From a virus: a stretch of 64,000 nucleotides of DNA. Of the stretch, positions 37,517-45,515 are shown in pieces. Under the pieces are notes generated by a model. The model worked only from the letters and a program-made list of their open reading frames with translations, made no database searches and was not told the DNA's origin. Positions within the stretch are counted from its first letter, which is position 1. Every line of letters begins with the position of its first letter. Where the stretch lies: IMG/VR virus record IMGVR_UViG_3300046057_000051. One strand, given 5' to 3'. The position numbers and the translations under genes were made by a program.

Positions 37517-37978
37517 ATGCCACAGGCAACCAACAACGGCGACGACGACAACGGCATCACCCCGTGTTCGTGTAGGGACCCCGAGCCCGGCCCCGACGAC
37601 GCGCCCCGGGAGTGCCCCGGCTGTGGCGGCTACATCATGGGCGCCATCATCGGCGGCGACGTTCATCCCGGTTACTCGTCGCTTGGGAACGGGCAGGCGT
37701 TCTACGACGCGAACGAATACTGGTCGCTGAACACCGGCTCCAGGGGGACCGTGAACTCGGTGGACGAGTACGCCTACTTCCGGGCGTTCGGCGACGCCGA
37801 GGCGGTCCCCCCGCACGACCACTGGAAAGCGCGGCGTCTCGGCACCGAGGCGGTGTCGTTCGACCACGTCGTCCACCCGGACGACGAGGTCGAGACCATC
37901 GTCCAGAGCCGGCGCGTCGAGGACCTGCCGGACGGCCCGACGTACCCCGTCGAGGTGGACGACGTGCCGCGGTCGTAG
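37517..37978 (+). CDS. Array ORF 24, Cys-motif protein
   Basis: CSC...CPGCGG. Confidence 0.8.
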   Translation: MPQATNNGDDDNGITPCSCRDPEPGPDDAPRECPGCGGYIMGAIIGGDVHPGYSSLGNGQAFYDANEYWSLNTGSRGTVNSVDEYAYFRAFGDAEAVPPHDHWKARRLGTEAVSFDHVVHPDDEVETIVQSRRVEDLPDGPTYPVEVDDVPRS

Positions 37979-38020
37979 GCAGACTCAATACTATTCGGCC
38001 CCGAGAGGGGCGTGAGACCG

Positions 38021-38446
38021 ATGAGTTCCGCGCCAGACATGGCGAACGCGAACGAGCTACACAGCACAGTCCTCGCCCGCCTCGACAGCACCGGCGGTGT
38101 CCTGACGGCGCTGCACAACGCGCTGTACGCCGCCGACGAGGCCGGGTTCCACGTCCAGCATGACGAGGACCGCGCCGTGGACCTCGACAACTACCTCGGG
38201 CGGGCGATGGAGGCGGCGGACGACACTGACCCCGACCCGAAGTTGGTGTGTGACCGCGTCGAGTCCGCCCGCCGGCAAGCGACCTATTTCCGAACGGGCC
38301 TCGACGACGACGTGGCGGCGTTCGAGCTACCGGAGTACGTCGATTCCGGCGTGTACGACACGCTCGGGGAGTACGCGCGGTACGTCGAGCAGGACATCCG
38401 TGTCCTCATGCAGTACGCCGAGGCGTGGGCGCACGCGGCCGAATAA
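38021..38446 (+). CDS. Array ORF 25, helical hypothetical protein
   Basis: ATG 5 nt after GTGA. Confidence 0.8.
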   Translation: MSSAPDMANANELHSTVLARLDSTGGVLTALHNALYAADEAGFHVQHDEDRAVDLDNYLGRAMEAADDTDPDPKLVCDRVESARRQATYFRTGLDDDVAAFELPEYVDSGVYDTLGEYARYVEQDIRVLMQYAEAWAHAAE

Positions 38447-38492
38447 CCCCCACGCTCATCCCGGTTCGGCCCCGAGAGGGGCGTGAGACACC

Positions 38493-38867
38493 GTGACGGA
38501 CGCAATCACGCAATCGGAGTACGACGCGGCGGTCGAACCGTTCGTGGAGATGGTTGTCGATGAGGCCGAGGAGATGGTCGAGTCGGGCCATTTCGACTCC
38601 CGGCGGCAGGGCGTCATGGAGATGTGTTCCGAGGAACTCAACTATCACGACTGGTTCGCTCGGAACTACTACGACGGCGCGCTGTACGGCTCCATCGTCG
38701 AACACGCGGACACCGACCCGGCGAGCTATTCTGACTGGCCGGCGCTCATCGAGTCCGACACCCCGGAGGGGACGTTGAAGCGTCTCGCGTTCGTGGTGAT
38801 GGAAGCCGACGTTATGTCGGTGGCTCTCGACCGCGTCGAGGCCGACGCTGACGCCGAGCGCGCGTAG
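38493..38867 (+). CDS. Array ORF 26, hypothetical (GTG start)
   Basis: GTG 6 nt after GTGA. Confidence 0.8.
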   Translation: MTDAITQSEYDAAVEPFVEMVVDEAEEMVESGHFDSRRQGVMEMCSEELNYHDWFARNYYDGALYGSIVEHADTDPASYSDWPALIESDTPEGTLKRLAFVVMEADVMSVALDRVEADADAERA

Positions 38868-38951
38868 CCGGCCCACGGGCCGGCCACACCACGGAGCCGC
38901 ACACACGCGCGCACAGCGGCTCCTGGCAGCCCCGAGAGGGGCGTGGTTCCG

Positions 38952-39359
38952 ATGCAACAGGACAAGCCACCGCTGGAGGACCGTATCGAGGACAGCGACC
39001 TGTCTGCCGAGTACGCGCGGCCGCCGACCGGCGAGTCCGCCAACGGAGCGGACATCTCGGTCGCGCTCCCCGCCCAGTACGGCGATAAACTCACCGTCCA
39101 CTACCCCGACGAGTGCGACGAACCCCACCGGGGCAACCCCGAGGAGTGGCTGTACGGCGGGCTCCGCGGCGAGTCCGTCGTCCTCGTGGCGTGGGACGCC
39201 TACCAGGACAGTCTCGACCGGGCCGACGACGACGAGTTCGTCACGCTGTTCGGGAAAACATGCGAGGGCGTGTTCCGGTTCAACAACCGTATCCGCCGCG
39301 TCGCGGAGACGGTGTGCGTCGAGCGCATCGACAGCCCGGAGTATCTCTCCATCCGATAA
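38952..39359 (+). CDS. Array ORF 27, hypothetical
   Basis: ATG 5 nt after the GTGG variant. Confidence 0.8.
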   Translation: MQQDKPPLEDRIEDSDLSAEYARPPTGESANGADISVALPAQYGDKLTVHYPDECDEPHRGNPEEWLYGGLRGESVVLVAWDAYQDSLDRADDDEFVTLFGKTCEGVFRFNNRIRRVAETVCVERIDSPEYLSIR

Positions 39360-39400
39360 CCAACCCCCGGTTTTCGCCCCGAGAGGGGCGTGACTCCACG

Positions 39401-40135
39401 ATGACAGCCAACACCGCCAACATCGAGGTCGCGGGCTCCGCCGCCGCGAACATCGCCAGGGACCTCCTCAATGGCCTCGGCATCCCGCCGAGCGACATCG
39501 AGGCGGCCGACATCACCGTCGTCGTCAACGGCGACGGCGACACGGAAGTCGCGCTCGTCGCGGACGGCCCGAACGCCGGCGCCATTACCGCCGAGATGTT
39601 CGGTGGCGTCGAGTGGGACGACTACGAGGTCGCGTCCATCGACGCCGACGTGACCGAGCGCGACGAGCCGGCGGAGCCATCGACCGCCGACGACGACACC
39701 AGTTCGAGGCCCGGCAAAAGCGGGTTCCAGCCGCAGGTCACGCCGCTCGCCGGGAAAGTTGACCCGCAGTACGTCGAGTTCCCCGGCGAGCCGCCGGGGC
39801 GTATCCGGGAACACACCCAACTCCACGTCATCGCCGACATCCTCATAAAGTGGTACGCCGATTACGACGCCGATTGGGTCAGCGGCGGCGCGCTCGCCGA
39901 GTATGAGTCGAACCCGCTGTCGGAAACACAGACGCAGAACGGCTCGTCGCGGCTGTTCCGAAACAAGGGACTCGTCGTCCGCCGCCAGCAGCCCGAGGGC
40001 GACGGCCGGAAGTACGAGTACCACCCGACCAAGCAGTTGTCCGAGGAGGCGTCCCGCCTCGGCGAGTATTCGATGCCCGATGTCGAGGAGACGCGCGACA
40101 AACGAACGCCCGACGACGTGGACGACGAACCATAG
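39401..40135 (+). CDS. Array ORF 28, protein with a C-terminal winged-helix-like domain
   Basis: SSRLFRNKGLVVRRQQPEGDGRKYEYHPT resembles a MarR-type wing. Confidence 0.7.
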   Translation: MTANTANIEVAGSAAANIARDLLNGLGIPPSDIEAADITVVVNGDGDTEVALVADGPNAGAITAEMFGGVEWDDYEVASIDADVTERDEPAEPSTADDDTSSRPGKSGFQPQVTPLAGKVDPQYVEFPGEPPGRIREHTQLHVIADILIKWYADYDADWVSGGALAEYESNPLSETQTQNGSSRLFRNKGLVVRRQQPEGDGRKYEYHPTKQLSEEASRLGEYSMPDVEETRDKRTPDDVDDEP

Positions 40136-40180
40136 GGTGGCCCCCACGGGCCACCACGGCCCCGAGAGGGGCGTGAAACG

Positions 40181-40615
40181 ATGGACGAGCCAGACCACGA
40201 ATCCACCATCGAAGCCAGACTCGACGAACTACGCGACAACAGCGGCCAGAGCTACATACTCGCCGGGAGCGCCGCCGAGATACTCCGACCGTTCCGCACC
40301 GACGTGACGCGGGAGTTCGTCGTCGAACACACGCTGTCCGACGCCGATGACGTGGATGTCGAGCCCTCGGACTACAACGGCTTGCTCGCACTCCACGGCG
40401 CCCTGGAAGCCAAACAACGGTCGTCCCGCGAAGCGCGCGGCATCACGAGCGTCCACGCGCACAAGATGCTCGTCACGTACTCGGACGTGTCCGCCATCAT
40501 CGTCGAGGCGCTCGGCGGCGAGCCGAGCGACTACACCGCCGGCGGCCACGGGTTCACGGCCGACGGCCGACACGAGGAGAACGTCGAGGCGATTGTCGAA
40601 CGCCTCGACGAGTAG
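40181..40615 (+). CDS. Array ORF 29, hypothetical
   Basis: ATG 4 nt after GTGA. Confidence 0.8.
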   Translation: MDEPDHESTIEARLDELRDNSGQSYILAGSAAEILRPFRTDVTREFVVEHTLSDADDVDVEPSDYNGLLALHGALEAKQRSSREARGITSVHAHKMLVTYSDVSAIIVEALGGEPSDYTAGGHGFTADGRHEENVEAIVERLDE

Positions 40616-40735
40616 CCCGCAGCGGCGGGCTTCGGCCCCGAAAGGGGCAATCAGGGGTACAGCCAACCAACTACGGGTCACGCCCCTCTTTTCGGTTCGA
40701 GGAGCGCGCCAGCCCCGAGAGGGGCATGACTCCCG

Positions 40736-40870
40736 ATGTACGACGACGACGTTGAAATCATCGAGTGCCGCGAGTGCGGCGCCCAGTTCGACGTAGCGAA
40801 ACAGCGGTATTACGACAATCTCTGTCCACCCTGCAAGGACGAGAACGACCCGGGGGCGCCTGCCGCCTGA
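40736..40870 (+). CDS. Array ORF 30, 44-aa Zn-finger micro-protein
   Basis: MYDDDVEIIECRECGAQFDVAKQRYYDNLCPPCKDENDPGAPAA; below the ORF-track cutoff; follows the motif. Confidence 0.75.
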   Translation: MYDDDVEIIECRECGAQFDVAKQRYYDNLCPPCKDENDPGAPAA

Positions 40871-40914
40871 TAGCCGCCCCCGGATTTTTAGTCCCGAGAG
40901 GGGCAGTGACAGCT

Positions 40915-41226
40915 ATGGACGAGTACGACGACCCAATCCAGTTGGAACTCAGGACCGACCGGGAAGTCGCCGTGTTCATGCACGCGATGGGGCTGGGGTC
41001 GGCGATGCTTATTGACAACAACTTCATCGCCGGCGCCCAGACCGCGTCGAACCTCCAGATACGGCTCGCCACCGCGGCCCCGGAGCGAGCCAAGCGCGCG
41101 CTGGACGACCACGGCGACGGCGGCGTGATGAGCGGTCTCGGCGAAGTGTCGAACGAGGCCGCCGTCGGGCACCTCATCGCGGAGGAGGAGGTAGACCCCG
41201 ACGAGGCGGTCGAAGGGATGCTGTGA
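40915..41226 (+). CDS. Array ORF 31, hypothetical
   Basis: Follows the variant GTCCC-GAGA-GGGGC-AGTGA. Confidence 0.75.
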   Translation: MDEYDDPIQLELRTDREVAVFMHAMGLGSAMLIDNNFIAGAQTASNLQIRLATAAPERAKRALDDHGDGGVMSGLGEVSNEAAVGHLIAEEEVDPDEAVEGML

Positions 41227-41271
41227 CACCCCCCTTTGGCGGTCTCTGCCCCGAGAGGGGCGTGATTGCCG

Positions 41272-41610
41272 ATGGAACGAACGATATACGAGTGCGACTG
41301 GTGTGGCGAACGGTTCGGCGCGAAGAACGACGTTGCTCCCGTCCCGATTCGACGCCGGGTACGTGAGTGGCTCCCGTACCGGGAGTACACGCTCCACTTC
41401 TGCTTCGGGTGTGAGGGCTCGGCGGCAGTGGAACTCAACAACACCGGGTTCAAGCGGTTCCTCGTGAACGAGGGCGACGAGGTCATCGGCTGCGAGTGGA
41501 GCATGCGGGAAATCTACCCGCTCTCGGATGTCCCCGAGGACCGGCTTGCGGACCCGGAGGCACTGGACGCGGCGGTAAACGCGGTCGAGGACGCCCTCAA
41601 TCCCACGTAG
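41272..41610 (+). CDS. Array ORF 32, Zn-finger protein
   Basis: CDWCG...HFCFGC. Confidence 0.8.
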   Translation: MERTIYECDWCGERFGAKNDVAPVPIRRRVREWLPYREYTLHFCFGCEGSAAVELNNTGFKRFLVNEGDEVIGCEWSMREIYPLSDVPEDRLADPEALDAAVNAVEDALNPT

Positions 41611-41656
41611 GACGCCTCGACACCCGGGTTTCGGCCCCGAGAGGGGCGTGATGTTG

Positions 41657-42106
41657 ATGACGGAAGTAACTATTCACAGTGACGAGCGCGTACTGCTCGG
41701 CCCCGACGAGGGCCCGATACTGGCAAGCGAACTCCGCGAGGAACACGCTTGGTACGACGAGCCCGCGTTCGCCGCCACGTACTCGACGGGCCGCGAGTGG
41801 GGGGCCGAGGAGACGGATGATGGCTTCGTCACGGTCCGCACGACGCCGGACCCGACGCTCCACGTCTACCTCGACGACGACGCTGCCTACGTTGCGCTGC
41901 TGGTCGAGAACCGCGACGACATCGTGATGCGGCTGTTCGAGGTCCCGGGCACGTCCGTCATGGATTTCGTGGCGCGGATGACGACGGCAATCGAGGACGG
42001 GTACGACGGTATCGGGAACGTGGAGGTGGCGGTGGCGGACGGCCAGATGGCGCAACTCGGCGACCAGCTACACGGGCAGGTCGAGGACATCCTCGCGGAC
42101 GCATAG
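41657..42106 (+). CDS. Array ORF 33, hypothetical
   Basis: ATG 5 nt after GTGA. Confidence 0.8.
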   Translation: MTEVTIHSDERVLLGPDEGPILASELREEHAWYDEPAFAATYSTGREWGAEETDDGFVTVRTTPDPTLHVYLDDDAAYVALLVENRDDIVMRLFEVPGTSVMDFVARMTTAIEDGYDGIGNVEVAVADGQMAQLGDQLHGQVEDILADA

Positions 42107-42153
42107 GGCGTCCTCGTCCCGTGGGCCTGGCCCCGAGAGGGGCACGATTCCCG

Positions 42154-42426
42154 ATGAACACCGAGATTCCAGTGGATACGCACCACCGCGTCGGCCCGCT
42201 CGTCGATAGGGGCGGGCATGGTCCCGTGACCTGCATCGTCCCCCACCTGTGGGTGTGTCTCGACTGCGGGTACACGGCCGCTTACGAGCGACGGTTCAGT
42301 CATGTGGACTGTGACCGCGCGGAGAACCCCATTAATCAGACGTGGCGTGAGCGTCTCGACAAGTACGTGTTCCCGGATGCGTTCGATGAGCGTGAGGGCG
42401 AGCGCCGCGAGCGCGACTCGCCGTAA
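42154..42426 (+). CDS. Array ORF 34, Cys/His-motif protein
   Basis: HH...CLDCG...C. Confidence 0.75.
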   Translation: MNTEIPVDTHHRVGPLVDRGGHGPVTCIVPHLWVCLDCGYTAAYERRFSHVDCDRAENPINQTWRERLDKYVFPDAFDEREGERRERDSP

Positions 42427-42476
42427 CCCCCTATCGCCCCATTTTAGGGCGCGGGGCGCGTGGGTGGAGGTGAACG

Positions 42477-42797
42477 ATGGTACCGGACGAGACCGACATC
42501 GAGCAGACCGACGAGGAACAGAACCCCACGTTCGGTGTCCCCGGCGTCGAGGTCGTCGATAACGGCCGTATCCGTCTCCCGCCGCGGCAACGCGACCGCT
42601 ACGACATCGAGGAGGACGACGTGGTTGACATCCGCGTCCGGGCGCCCAGCGTGATATTCTGGGCGCTCGACATCGTGGTGGACGGCCGCGGCCGTATCCG
42701 TATCCCGTCGCGGAAACGCGACCTCTACGAAGTCGATGACGGCGACGTAGTGGACATCGACGTGATGATTACCGGCATGACCCACGACGGCGACTAA
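42477..42797 (+). CDS. Tandem AbrB/MazE/SpoVT-family DNA-binding protein (no hairpin motif)
   Basis: Two repeats VDNGRIRLPPRQRDRYDIEEDDVV / VDGRGRIRIPSRKRDLYEVDDGDVV; canonical GGAGGTGA SD. Confidence 0.85.
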   Translation: MVPDETDIEQTDEEQNPTFGVPGVEVVDNGRIRLPPRQRDRYDIEEDDVVDIRVRAPSVIFWALDIVVDGRGRIRIPSRKRDLYEVDDGDVVDIDVMITGMTHDGD

Positions 42798-42869
42798 CCC
42801 CGGCGTGGCCGCCGGCCCCCCAGCCCCGGGAGGGGCACCACCCGCCCCGAGAGGGGACTGTACCCACGA

Positions 42870-44186
42870 ATGACGACCAACACCCCACCATCGACGATGG
42901 ACGGCCTGCTCGCGCTCTCCAAAGGGGAGGCGCTGGAGATAGAGGCGTTGTGCTGGCGTGGCGACCTCTCCATCAAGCGAGTCACCAAACACATGGTCCG
43001 CGTCCTCGCCGACGAGATGACGTGGGACGGCCGCGAGAACAGCCAGTCGCTCCGCGGCGTCTGGTACAGCGGCGTCAAACAAGTGTACCAACACCTGTTC
43101 CCCGAGAAGTGGGCAGACGACCACTACACGGAGCCGCCGTCGCGCCGCTTCTCACAGTCGCTCTCCGAATACACCTCCGAACTGGTGAAGGAGGGCGAAC
43201 TCACGTATCGGGACATCAACGTCGTGGACGACTCCCGCGACCGGGAGATACTCGGCACCGACGCCGTCGAACACGACAAAATCCTGTTCGTGGAGAAGCG
43301 CGCGAAATACCGACAGTTAGCCCCTATCAGCGACGTGCTGGAAGTGTCGCTCGTGTCGGGCGGCGGCTGGCAGGCGACGGCGCTCATCGAGGACCTCGCC
43401 AACGTCCTCGACCCGACCAACACGTACACCATCTTCATCCTCACGGACTTCGACCCCACGGGCTACCGTATCGCCGAGGACTTCCAGTCGCGCGCCGAAA
43501 CCCTCGGGGTGAACGTCGAGGGCGTCGAGCGCATCGGCATCGAGCCCGAACAGGTCACGACGGAAGTCGCCGAGGCCGAACGGTTCGAGGTGCCCGTCGA
43601 GAGCGATTACGACGAACGCTGGCTCGACACCCACGGCATCGAGGACGACCACGACGACCCCCGGTACGGGTTGGAACTGGAAGCCATCGGCGGCCGCGAC
43701 TCTGCCGCCCAGGACTTCCGGCGCGTCGTCGTCGAAGCCCTCGACCCCCATTTGCGGAAGCGGCGTCGGCGGTCGCGGGACCTCAACATCGAGACGGCGA
43801 ACGTCGTCGGCCGCGGCGTGGACGACCTCGTCGATGACATGACCGAGCAGTTGACCGCGGCGCTCAAAGAGTACGCCATCGCCGAGTTGCGCGACCACGA
43901 CGCCGTCGAGCGGTTGACCTACCGTCGCGGGGACGACACCGTGACGGCGGCCGTGGACCTTGCGGAGCGCGAGGGCGGTGACGACGACCGTATCCCCCAC
44001 CCGCTGGCGTGGGGCACCTACTCGTCGGCGGCCATCGACCCGGACACGACGGAGTCGGGCGACATCGTGTCGCCGCGGCCGCCGCGCGACGAACAGGTCC
44101 GCCGCCTCCAGCGGCAGCTTGCGGCAGAGATGGACGACCCCGACGGCGACATCGACGTAACGGACCTGTTGGACCTCGACGTGTAA
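42870..44186 (+). CDS. Topoisomerase VI subunit A/Spo11-like TOPRIM protein
   Basis: LRGVWY (candidate catalytic Tyr region), LFVEKR, SGGG, LTDFDPTG (DxD), VERIGI, LELEAI. Confidence 0.75.
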   Translation: MTTNTPPSTMDGLLALSKGEALEIEALCWRGDLSIKRVTKHMVRVLADEMTWDGRENSQSLRGVWYSGVKQVYQHLFPEKWADDHYTEPPSRRFSQSLSEYTSELVKEGELTYRDINVVDDSRDREILGTDAVEHDKILFVEKRAKYRQLAPISDVLEVSLVSGGGWQATALIEDLANVLDPTNTYTIFILTDFDPTGYRIAEDFQSRAETLGVNVEGVERIGIEPEQVTTEVAEAERFEVPVESDYDERWLDTHGIEDDHDDPRYGLELEAIGGRDSAAQDFRRVVVEALDPHLRKRRRRSRDLNIETANVVGRGVDDLVDDMTEQLTAALKEYAIAELRDHDAVERLTYRRGDDTVTAAVDLAEREGGDDDRIPHPLAWGTYSSAAIDPDTTESGDIVSPRPPRDEQVRRLQRQLAAEMDDPDGDIDVTDLLDLDV

Positions 44187-44294
44187 CGCGCCCACAGTCG
44201 TTTTCCCGCCCCGAGAGGGGCCGACGCTTACTCATACGTGGAGTGACGCGCCCGGTACTGCTTAGTTCTACGGCCCCGAGAGGGGCGTGAGTCG

Positions 44295-44660
44295 ATGGCT
44301 CAGGCACTATTATCGGAAAGCGACGACGCGGTACCGCTTCATCTGGACATCGCCCGTAGCTTCCGGCGGCGGACGACTATCGACAGCGTGCTGACGTTGT
44401 CGTATGTGTCGAACGGCGTGGCGGCGGGGACGCCGACGGCGGGCGTCTATGCCCGGACGATGGGGGATGGGCTCGACGACGCCGCGGTGTTGCTCGTCGA
44501 GGGCCCCGACGTGGAGGAGTCGGCGTACTGGATGCATACCAGGGACATCCAGCCCGTTGCGGAGTTGCTCCTCAGCGACGAGTACGTCGTGACGTACACG
44601 GCGAGTCCGCACGTCGAGCCCGGCGCCTACACGGTCCACGTCACGGTGGACGAGGAGTAG
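44295..44660 (+). CDS. Array ORF 37, hypothetical
   Basis: ATG 4 nt after GTGA. Confidence 0.75.
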   Translation: MAQALLSESDDAVPLHLDIARSFRRRTTIDSVLTLSYVSNGVAAGTPTAGVYARTMGDGLDDAAVLLVEGPDVEESAYWMHTRDIQPVAELLLSDEYVVTYTASPHVEPGAYTVHVTVDEE

Positions 44661-44670
44661 CTGGTGGGCG

Positions 44671-44976
44671 ATGACGAACTTGTTCATCCCGCCGGAGTTA
44701 CTCCCCGACGAGTGGGCGTACAGGGACGCTGACCCGGACGCGGGCGTGACGATGTATCGTGACGAGTCCGGGCAGCGCGAGTTGGTGTGCGTCCGGGAGG
44801 GGTTGAACGAGTACGATGTGGCGCTGGAGGCTACGGGCGGCCACCCGGCGTTCTCGGCGCGCACGGAGTTCTTCGCGGCCGAGGGCGTCCCGTTCCATAC
44901 GGCGGTTGCGGTGGCGGTCGGGATGCTGCATGGGGCGGTGTGGTTCGAGCGGATTCATCTCGACGCCTCCGGGTGA
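44671..44976 (+). CDS. Array ORF 38, hypothetical (no hairpin motif)
   Basis: 10 nt downstream of the previous stop. Confidence 0.7.
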   Translation: MTNLFIPPELLPDEWAYRDADPDAGVTMYRDESGQRELVCVREGLNEYDVALEATGGHPAFSARTEFFAAEGVPFHTAVAVAVGMLHGAVWFERIHLDASG

Positions 44977-45030
44977 CTGCCGGGACGGCCCGGCGGTCGC
45001 CGGGGCTGCCCCGAGAGGGGCGTGGTTCCG

Positions 45031-45447
45031 ATGGAAACCGAAGGACGGTACGACTGTGCGACCTGTGGCGAACCGCTCAACATCGTCGGCATCCTCCGCC
45101 ACGATTGCGACCGCGTCCTGTCGGCGGCGAACATCACACCCGGCGAGCAGGACACGCTGCTGTACGTCGAGACGCGGGTCGTGGAACACGAGGGTGTCCT
45201 GAACCTCTGGCAGATGAACTACGACGACCAGCAGAACCTCAAGTTGTCCGGTGCCGCCGGCATCCTCGACGTGAGCGAGGACCCGAATCCCTACGAGGAC
45301 GAAATGTGCGTCGAGGCGTTCACCGAGCGGGCGTGGGACCTCGCCGGTGAGTCCCGGTGGCTCCGTGCCGCGCGGAACATGGATGGTGACGTGGTGGACG
45401 CGGATGTGCTGGCTGACCGGCTGGGGGTGGCGTCCGTCCCGCCGTAG
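45031..45447 (+). CDS. Array ORF 39, protein with N-terminal Cys/His motif
   Basis: CATCGEP...HDC; last motif-associated ORF. Confidence 0.8.
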   Translation: METEGRYDCATCGEPLNIVGILRHDCDRVLSAANITPGEQDTLLYVETRVVEHEGVLNLWQMNYDDQQNLKLSGAAGILDVSEDPNPYEDEMCVEAFTERAWDLAGESRWLRAARNMDGDVVDADVLADRLGVASVPP

Positions 45448-45515
45448 CTGGATTCCCGTGGTTTGGGGTCGAGAGGCCCGGCGGTCGCGGTAATCCTCGC
45501 GCGTAGTGTGAGCGG

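Larger units (their letters stand above)
27124..45479 (+). repeat. Start-associated hairpin repeat GCCCC-GAGA-GGGGC-GTGA punctuating a gene array
   Basis: 37 start-associated copies (first stem G at 27196, 27639, 27862, 28269, 28599, 29188, 29777, 30155, 30417, 30757, 31037, 31560, 31813, 32260, 32700, 33177, 34172, 34512, 35327, 35750, 36157, 36635, 37216, 37494, 37998, 38469, 38929, 39376, 40159, 40712, 40891, 41248, 41634, 42130, 42844, 44273, 45008). Additional hairpins at 27124, 28240, 30130, 40635, 42823, 44208, 45466. Confidence 0.97.

Noticed and set aside
27609-44190. Canonical integron attC sites
   Set aside because: Many stops read TAAC and GTTCGG often precedes the hairpin, but only one RYYYAAC match was seen (27609) and GTTCGGC does not fit GTTRRRY.
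27124-45479. CRISPR array
   Set aside because: The repeats are only about 18 nt and are separated by whole ORFs of variable length, not 30-45 nt spacers; no cas gene is recognisable.
27124-45479. The repeat is only a strong Shine-Dalgarno sequence
   Set aside because: This does not explain the conserved 5' CCCC strand, the GNRA-only loop variants, orphan copies without an ORF, or restriction to one region.
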